In this document: positions 57,993 to 64,000 of the stretch, one piece after another
Position numbering within the stretch: position 1 is the first letter of the stretch
Layout: each line of letters starts with the position of its first letter
DNA from: an uncultured Clostridia bacterium
GTDB taxonomy: Bacteria > Bacillota > Clostridia > Christensenellales > CAG-314
DNA length: 64,000 bases
Direction: 5' to 3'
NCBI GenBank assembly: GCA_947625725.1
Contig: CANQPI010000009.1
Coordinates: 194 to 64,193, forward strand
The notes under the pieces: generated by a model
What the model saw: the letters and a program-made list of their open reading frames with translations, nothing else
Database searches by the model: none
What the model was told of the DNA's origin: nothing
Translations under genes and position numbers: made by a program

Positions 57993-59288
57993 ATGCTCAA
58001 AATCAAAAGTTTGGATAACAACTCAATAGCGGCGCGGTTGGGACTGCGACCCGACGACGAGATAGTCGCGTTCGACGGCAAGCCCGCGTGCGACATGTTG
58101 GACGTCGCCTACTACGATTCGCAATCGAAGTTTTCCGTCACGGTGGAGCGCGGCGGCGACCGCCTTACCTTTGACGTGCGCAAAAACGACCAACCAATGG
58201 GTTGGGACTTTTACGACGAGTGTTACATCGAGCCGAGATGGTGCGCCAACAAGTGCATTTTTTGTTTTGTCGATCAACTCCCCAAGGGGCAACGCAAAAC
58301 GTTGTACGTCAAGGACGACGATTGGCGTTTGTCCTTTGTGTCCGGCAATTTTGTAACTTTGACCAACTTGACGGACAGGGAACTCGACCGTATCAAGGAC
58401 AAAAAGTTTTCGCCGCTGTACATATCCGTTCACTGCACCGACGACAACGTGCGCCGCAAATTGTTGGGCAATCCCAACGCGCGCCCCATTTTGCCCTTGC
58501 TCAAAGAACTTGCCGCGGCGGGTATCAAAATGTACACGCAGGTGGTGATGTGTCCCGACTACAACGACGGCAAGGTTCTTGCCGACACAATGCGCGATTT
58601 GTTCGAACTGTACCCCGCGGTGCAAAATCTTGCGGTCGTCCCCGTGGGACTTACCAAATATCGCAACGGTTTGCGGCAACTTCGAACGGTCAGCCGAGAT
58701 GTCGCCGAAGCAACCGTTGCGGCGGTGGAAAATTTTGCCGCCGAGTGCTATGCCAAAACGGGCAACCGCTTTGCCTACTGCTCGGACGAAATGTACATCT
58801 GCGCCGAGAGGGAACTGCCCGATTTCGACTACTACGGCGATTTCGAACAGTTGGAAAACGGCGTGGGACTTGTCGCCGACATGCGATACCAATTCGATTT
58901 GGCTTTCGCCGACGCTCGCGCCCCCAAGCAAGGTTCTTTTTCCGTGGTGACGGGAGTTGCGGCAACGCCTTTTGTGGAGCAGGTACTCAACAAAGCAAAA
59001 AAACGCTTTCCCGAACTTGACGTAAACGTGATCACCGTTACCAACAAATTTTTCGGAGAAACGGTCACGGTCGCGGGTTTGGTAGTGGGGCGCGATATTG
59101 TCGATACGCTTGCCCTGCGCAACGACGTCGGCGACACGCTTTTGTTGCCGCGCGTTATGTTGCGCGAAACGGAAGACGTGTTTTTGGACGGAATGACGCT
59201 GGACGACCTCAAACGCGCCACGGGTAAAAACATAATTATTACTGCCGACGGCTACGCGCTTTGTCAGGCAATTTTGGAGTGCGACTGA
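57993..59288 (+). CDS. DUF512 domain protein (PDZ-like N-terminus + radical-SAM-like core)
   Basis: 431 aa; ...RWCANKCIFCFVDQLP.G.R..LY.KDDD.RLSF..GNF.TLTN. Conserved position upstream of der in Clostridia (recalled). Confidence 0.75.
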   Translation: MLKIKSLDNNSIAARLGLRPDDEIVAFDGKPACDMLDVAYYDSQSKFSVTVERGGDRLTFDVRKNDQPMGWDFYDECYIEPRWCANKCIFCFVDQLPKGQRKTLYVKDDDWRLSFVSGNFVTLTNLTDRELDRIKDKKFSPLYISVHCTDDNVRRKLLGNPNARPILPLLKELAAAGIKMYTQVVMCPDYNDGKVLADTMRDLFELYPAVQNLAVVPVGLTKYRNGLRQLRTVSRDVAEATVAAVENFAAECYAKTGNRFAYCSDEMYICAERELPDFDYYGDFEQLENGVGLVADMRYQFDLAFADARAPKQGSFSVVTGVAATPFVEQVLNKAKKRFPELDVNVITVTNKFFGETVTVAGLVVGRDIVDTLALRNDVGDTLLLPRVMLRETEDVFLDGMTLDDLKRATGKNIIITADGYALCQAILECD

Positions 59289-60610
59289 TGCAAAAACCTC
59301 TTGTTGCCGTCGTCGGCAAGCCCAACGTGGGCAAATCTACATTTTTCAACAAAGTATGCGGCGGGCGAATATCCATTGTTTCGGATATGCCCGGCGTTAC
59401 TCGCGACCGAATTTACGCCGACGCCGAGTGGTTGGGCAAAAAATTTACCCTTGTCGATACGGGCGGCATACAACTCAAAAGCGACGACGCAATGTTTCGG
59501 CACATAAAGGAACAAGCGCAAATCGCCTTGGACCTTGCCGACGTGATATTGTTTTTTTGCGACTACAAGAGCGGCTTGACTGCGGAAGATTGGGACGTCG
59601 CCGACCTGTTGCGCAAAACCAGCAAGCCCGTCCTTTTGGTGGTAAACAAAGTGGACAACTTTGTCGGGGCGGACTTGACGGACTTCTATTCGTTGGGGCT
59701 GGGCGACTTTTTCCCCATTGCCGCCGAGCAAAAACAAGGTTTTGGTGATTTGTTGGACAAAGTGACGTCGTTTTTCCCCGAGTTTCAGGACGACGAGGAG
59801 GACGACGCTATCAAAATTGCCGTCGTCGGCAAGCCAAACGCGGGCAAATCTTCGTTGGTAAACAAAATTTTGGGTTACGACCGTACCATTGTTTCGGAGA
59901 TGGCGGGCACTACTCGGGACGCGATCGACACGCCCTTTACCTACCAAGGACGGCGTTACGTCATTATCGATACCGCGGGCATGCGCAAAAAGCGTTCTAT
60001 CGAGGAGGGCAGCGTGGAGCAGTACAGCGTTATGCGCTCTCTCAACGCGGTGCGCCGCGCCGACGTGTGTCTGATCGTTATGGACGCAAACGAGGGGCTG
60101 TCCGAGCAGGACGTCAAAATCGCGGGCTTTATCCACGACGAGGGCAAGCCGTCGGTGGTGGTCGTCAACAAGTGGGATCTGGTCGAAAAGGATACTCACA
60201 CGGTGGAAACTTTCAAAAAAAAGTTGGCGTGCGATCTGGCGTTTATGGACTACTTCCGTTACATAACCGTATCCGCATTGACGGGACAGCGCGTGAGCAA
60301 ATTGTTGGAAGAAGTCAACTATGTCTACGCCAAAAGTACCTTTCGGTGTACGACGGGAACGCTCAACGACGCCGTTACGGACGCTATCCGCGCGGTGGAA
60401 CCTCCCGCAAGAAACGGCAGGCGCGCCAAGATCAAATATGCCACGCAAGCCTCAACTTGTCCTCCGACGTTCGTTTTCTTTTGCAACAACGCCTCTTTGG
60501 TACATTTCTCCTATCGGCGGTATCTGGAAAATTACCTGCGGCGGGCTTTCTCTCTTGACGGTACTCCGATACGCCTTGTGTTTCGCGACGGCAGCGAAAA
60601 GGACGAATGA
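59288..60610 (+). CDS. der: ribosome biogenesis GTPase Der (EngA)
   Basis: Two GTPase domains (VAVVGKPNVGKST and IAVVGKPNAGKSS) plus a KH-like C-terminus. The start overlaps the DUF512 stop. Confidence 0.95.
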   Translation: MQKPLVAVVGKPNVGKSTFFNKVCGGRISIVSDMPGVTRDRIYADAEWLGKKFTLVDTGGIQLKSDDAMFRHIKEQAQIALDLADVILFFCDYKSGLTAEDWDVADLLRKTSKPVLLVVNKVDNFVGADLTDFYSLGLGDFFPIAAEQKQGFGDLLDKVTSFFPEFQDDEEDDAIKIAVVGKPNAGKSSLVNKILGYDRTIVSEMAGTTRDAIDTPFTYQGRRYVIIDTAGMRKKRSIEEGSVEQYSVMRSLNAVRRADVCLIVMDANEGLSEQDVKIAGFIHDEGKPSVVVVNKWDLVEKDTHTVETFKKKLACDLAFMDYFRYITVSALTGQRVSKLLEEVNYVYAKSTFRCTTGTLNDAVTDAIRAVEPPARNGRRAKIKYATQASTCPPTFVFFCNNASLVHFSYRRYLENYLRRAFSLDGTPIRLVFRDGSEKDE

Positions 60611-61323
60611 TGTTTGATACTTTTGCAAGTTATTGGTGGCAGTTTTTACTGCTGGCTGTGGCAAGTTACCTTGTCGGCAACGTGAATTTTGCCGTGATTT
60701 TCTCCAAAGTTTTCAAAAAAAGCGACGTGAGAAACTACGGCAGCGGCAACGCCGGAGCGACGAATATGTTTCGCGTGTACGGCTTGGCTATGGGCGCGCT
60801 CACCTTTGTATGCGACGTGGCAAAGGGCGTCCTCCCCTGCTTTTTGGCCAGATACGCCCTGTTTCCCTTTGTGGCTTCCGACGTCAACGTTGCGGTCACG
60901 GCGGGCTACATTGCGGGACTTTTTGCCGTGGTGGGGCATATATTCCCCGCTTTTTACCGCTTCAAGGGCGGCAAAGGCGTAGCCACGGCGATAGGCGTGT
61001 GTTTTACTTTGCAACCGATGTTGTCGGTATGTTTGATACTGCCCTGCCTTGCGATACTGTTTATTTCCGACAGGACGTCGATAATGAGCCTGTTTTTGTC
61101 CGTCGTGGAAATAGTGTGGTGCTGGGTGTTTTACGCCGTGCATTACGAGTGGAAAATCATGTACACAAACATAGACGCATTTTGCTGTTTGATGTTGACG
61201 TTGATGTTCGCGTTGGTCATTTTTGCGCACCGACACAACGTGATACGTATTTTCAAAGGCACCGAAAAGCGCACGGGCATACGCAAGGCACTGCGCGGCA
61301 AAGCGGACAGGATAGTAAAATAA
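60607..61323 (+). CDS. plsY: glycerol-3-phosphate acyltransferase PlsY
   Basis: SYLVGNVNFAVIFSK...DVRNYGSGNAGATN..R; FKGGKGVAT. ATGA overlap with der. Confidence 0.93.
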   Translation: MMFDTFASYWWQFLLLAVASYLVGNVNFAVIFSKVFKKSDVRNYGSGNAGATNMFRVYGLAMGALTFVCDVAKGVLPCFLARYALFPFVASDVNVAVTAGYIAGLFAVVGHIFPAFYRFKGGKGVATAIGVCFTLQPMLSVCLILPCLAILFISDRTSIMSLFLSVVEIVWCWVFYAVHYEWKIMYTNIDAFCCLMLTLMFALVIFAHRHNVIRIFKGTEKRTGIRKALRGKADRIVK

Positions 61324-61333
61324 GCAACATTCT

Positions 61334-61359
61334 TTCGTCCCGACAAACGGGACGAATTT
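61334..61359 (+). terminator. intrinsic terminator after plsY
   Basis: TTCGTCCCG-ACAAA-CGGGACGAA followed by TTTGCTTTT. Confidence 0.6.
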
Positions 61360-61461
61360 GCTTTTGACCGAATTTTTGCGGAAAATTTTCCGTTCGGGCA
61401 GGTTTTGCGGGGCAAAAGTTTCGCCGCGCTATCGCCGAACGCCAAAAAAAACGGAGGGAAG

Positions 61462-62607
61462 ATGTTGGAGGAATTGCAACACGCGGAGTCTATTTCGAAA
61501 ATCACCGCGAGCGATCCGTTGACAAAAAGCGAATATTTTCGCGTTTCGCTACGCCCGTATCTACGCAAGGGCGCGATATGTTTTCAAGCGGAGATGTACA
61601 AGGGCGCGCAGGTGTTTCACCGAAACGTCGAGTTGACGAACCTGCCTCAGTGGGTCGAGCAAAACCTGTGGGGCAAGTACAAACAACTGCTTGTCGTCGC
61701 GACCGACCGCGAGATCACGTACCTGACCTCGACAAAGGGCAAAGTTACGCGCATAGAGCGCAAAAAAGAGGCGAAAATCGTCTTGCGGGGCAACGACCGC
61801 CGCAAAAATTACATTATCAACGAGGGCGACGACGTCCCCGCGCTTGTGGATCTGGGAGTTTTTACACGCGACGGCAAAGTCGTCGGCGGTATGTACGACA
61901 AATTCAAGCAAATCAACCGTTTTGCGGAAATTTTGGACGACGTTTTCAAGAATCACCGCGGCAAATTGACATTGTTGGACTTCGGTTGCGGCAAATCGTA
62001 CCTCACGTTTATCGTTTACCATTATTTGACCAAGGTGCGCAATATCGACGCCGAAATTATCGGCTACGACCTCAAAGCCGACGTGGTGGCAAATTGCAAC
62101 GCGCTTGCGGCAAAGTACGGCTACGACAAACTTCGCTTTGCGGTCGCAGACGTTTCCGAACCGTTGGACGTCGGGAACGTTGACGCGGTGTTGTCGTTGC
62201 ACGCTTGCGACACGGCGACGGACTATGCGTTGTATTTCGCCGTCACGCACAACGTGCCGTACATTTTTTCCGTCCCCTGCTGTCAACACGAAATCAACAA
62301 TACCGTTGTCAAAGGCAACGGAGATCTGGACGTTTTGCTCAAATACGGCATTGTCAAGGAACGCGTTTGCGCGCTGTTGACGGACTCGATACGCGCCATG
62401 CTGTTGGAGGACGCGGGATACAAAGTGGACGTTATGGAGTTTGTGGATCTGGCGCACTCGCCCAAAAACATCATATTGCGTTGCGTAAGGACGGGCAAAA
62501 AGTCCTCGCAAAACGCCGCAAAGATCAAGGAACTTGCGGACAGATACAAATTCGACCAAACGTTGTATCGCCTGCTGAACGGCGACGCTTCCGCGCGCAA
62601 GGAGTAG
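61462..62607 (+). CDS. class I SAM-dependent methyltransferase with N-terminal extension
   Basis: LLDFGCGKSYLTF (motif I), ...LHACDTATD. RBS GGAGGG before the ATG at 61462. Substrate unknown. Confidence 0.65.
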   Translation: MLEELQHAESISKITASDPLTKSEYFRVSLRPYLRKGAICFQAEMYKGAQVFHRNVELTNLPQWVEQNLWGKYKQLLVVATDREITYLTSTKGKVTRIERKKEAKIVLRGNDRRKNYIINEGDDVPALVDLGVFTRDGKVVGGMYDKFKQINRFAEILDDVFKNHRGKLTLLDFGCGKSYLTFIVYHYLTKVRNIDAEIIGYDLKADVVANCNALAAKYGYDKLRFAVADVSEPLDVGNVDAVLSLHACDTATDYALYFAVTHNVPYIFSVPCCQHEINNTVVKGNGDLDVLLKYGIVKERVCALLTDSIRAMLLEDAGYKVDVMEFVDLAHSPKNIILRCVRTGKKSSQNAAKIKELADRYKFDQTLYRLLNGDASARKE

Positions 62608-62613
62608 TTTTGT

Positions 62614-62700
62614 ATGTACGGATTCAACGTCGATCAAACGTATTTGCAAGAATTTGTAAACAAACTGTACGACGACTTCGGTAGGTATTATATTGCGTAA
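62614..62700 (+). CDS. possible 28-aa small ORF (MYGFNVDQTYLQEFVNKLYDDFGRYYIA)
   Basis: ATG 9 nt after an AAGGAG that overlaps the methyltransferase stop. Below the track length cutoff. No known homolog recalled. Confidence 0.15.
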   Translation: MYGFNVDQTYLQEFVNKLYDDFGRYYIA

Positions 62701-62870
62701 AATATTAACAAGCATATTTATTGAGATTTTGTAAAATAGCGTTTCGAACTTGAAGAAATCAAAATGCGTTCGCAGGGCGACTGCTTGCTTCGCGCAAAAC
62801 GCGGGGCATTTTTTGTTCTATCCTCGCGGCAACGTTCATATACTTTACCAAACGTATTTTGGAGGCAGTA

Positions 62871-64000
62871 ATGAACAATATCTATCAGGACATATCCGAA
62901 CGGACCAACGGCGACGTGTATATCGGCGTGGTGGGACCTGTACGCAGCGGCAAATCCACGTTTGTTACCAATTTTATGACAAAGTTGATTTTGCCCAACA
63001 TCACCGACGGCAACGACAGAGCGCGCGCCACCGACGAACTGCCTCAATCGGCAGACGGCAAAATAATAATGACTACGCAACCCAAGTTTGTGCCCAACGC
63101 GGCGGTAAGGTTGTCGCTGTCCGACAAGGCGACGGCAAACGTGCGACTTATCGATTGCGTGGGCTACCTTGTGGACGGCGCGGAAGGTTATCTCGAAGGG
63201 GACAAAATGCGTTTGGTAAACACGCCCTGGTCAACAGAGCCTATCCCCTTTGAAAAAGCCGCGGAGATCGGCACGCAGAAAGTCGCCACGGAACACTCCA
63301 CGATAGCCGTTGTAGTTACCACCGACGGCAGTATCGGGCAAATTCCCCGTCAAAACTACGTTTCGGCGGAAGAAAGAGTCGTTCGCGAACTCAAAACGGC
63401 GGGCAAACCCTTTGTTGTGGTACTCAACTGTACCGCTCCCGCAAGCGAGCAGTCCAAGGAACTTTGTTTGACCTTGCAGGAAAAGTACGGCGTGGCGGTT
63501 TTGCCTCTCAACGTGCAGACCGCAGGCGTCGCCGAGTTGGAAAGCGTGTTGCAAAGTATTTTGAAAGAGTTCCCCGTGCGGCGTATCGCCGTCGATTTGC
63601 CCGCCTGGATGCGCGCATTGGACAAGGACAACAAATTTATCGCGGATATTTTGGACAGGATCAAACTTCATTGCGGCAAAATTTGCAAAATGAAGGACGC
63701 CGAACAGTTTGTTTCGGCGTTCGACGGGTGCGACTACGCCGAGGAACTTTCCGTTCAAAGTCTGGATATGGGCAGCGGTGTGGCGCGCTACTCCTTTGTT
63801 CCCAAGGGGGATCTGTTCTTCCGCGTTTTGTCGGAAGAAGCGCAAATGGAAATAAACGACGAATTTTCTTTGATGAGTTTCGTGACGACCGCCGCCTACG
63901 CAAAAAGCCGATTCGAAACAATGAAAGACGCCTTGGACGAAGCGGACGCCAACGGGTACGGCATTGTGTATCCCTCTACTGAAAAAATGAGTATGGACGA
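62871..64000 (+). CDS. spoIVA: stage IV sporulation protein A, truncated by the right window edge
   Basis: Not in the ORF track because it is open at the edge. MNNIYQDISERTNGDVYIGVVGPVRSGKSTFVTNFM...LPNI parallels the SpoIVA N-terminus with its Walker A. RBS GGAGG. 376 codons without a stop. Confidence 0.93.
   Translation, partial: MNNIYQDISERTNGDVYIGVVGPVRSGKSTFVTNFMTKLILPNITDGNDRARATDELPQSADGKIIMTTQPKFVPNAAVRLSLSDKATANVRLIDCVGYLVDGAEGYLEGDKMRLVNTPWSTEPIPFEKAAEIGTQKVATEHSTIAVVVTTDGSIGQIPRQNYVSAEERVVRELKTAGKPFVVVLNCTAPASEQSKELCLTLQEKYGVAVLPLNVQTAGVAELESVLQSILKEFPVRRIAVDLPAWMRALDKDNKFIADILDRIKLHCGKICKMKDAEQFVSAFDGCDYAEELSVQSLDMGSGVARYSFVPKGDLFFRVLSEEAQMEINDEFSLMSFVTTAAYAKSRFETMKDALDEADANGYGIVYPSTEKMSMD

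Overview
64-kb chromosomal segment of a spore-forming Firmicute. Gene content is Clostridia-like (spoIVA, sigG, ylmC/ymxH, DUF512-der-plsY) and GC looks moderate by eye. Most genes are on the + strand in familiar housekeeping blocks: lepA-(AKR)-hemW; lysR-ppa; rarA; an ABC exporter; tyrS-yigZ; pcrA-ligA; yicC-gmk-rpoZ-coaBC-priA-def-fmt-rsmB-rlmN-rsgA-rpe; rpmB / asp23-yloV; fhs; tdk; sigG-ylmC; an rluA-family gene; DUF512-der-plsY; spoIVA. Two CDSs run off the window edges and are missing from the supplied ORF track: a >1349-aa membrane-anchored repeat protein (1-4049, minus) and spoIVA (62871 to the right edge). Two tRNAs (Leu-UAA, Cys-GCA) lie at 43.8-44.0 kb next to AT-rich accessory genes. 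The most unusual content is non-coding. Two collinear, paralogous ~1.3-kb loci (10571-11850 and 41019-42300) are built from a ~452-nt modular unit. The second locus is preceded by a unique ~215-nt GC-rich structured segment. The unit is dense in hairpins, GNRA-type loops and terminator-like elements, contains an internal array of 55-64-nt sub-repeats, and has stems that covary between copies. A decayed fragment lies at ~49.7 kb. I could not assign these loci to any RNA or mobile-element family I know. They are not a CRISPR array and do not look coding. Other items: tandem DUF2974 lipase-like paralogs, an IlvD/Edd homolog with its cofactor motifs substituted, an XRE switch with overlapping divergent promoters, candidate leaderless mRNAs, and synteny gaps (stp/prkC, recG and gpsA are not at their usual positions). 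All coordinates, translations and identities were worked out by hand from the sequence. No database search was run.
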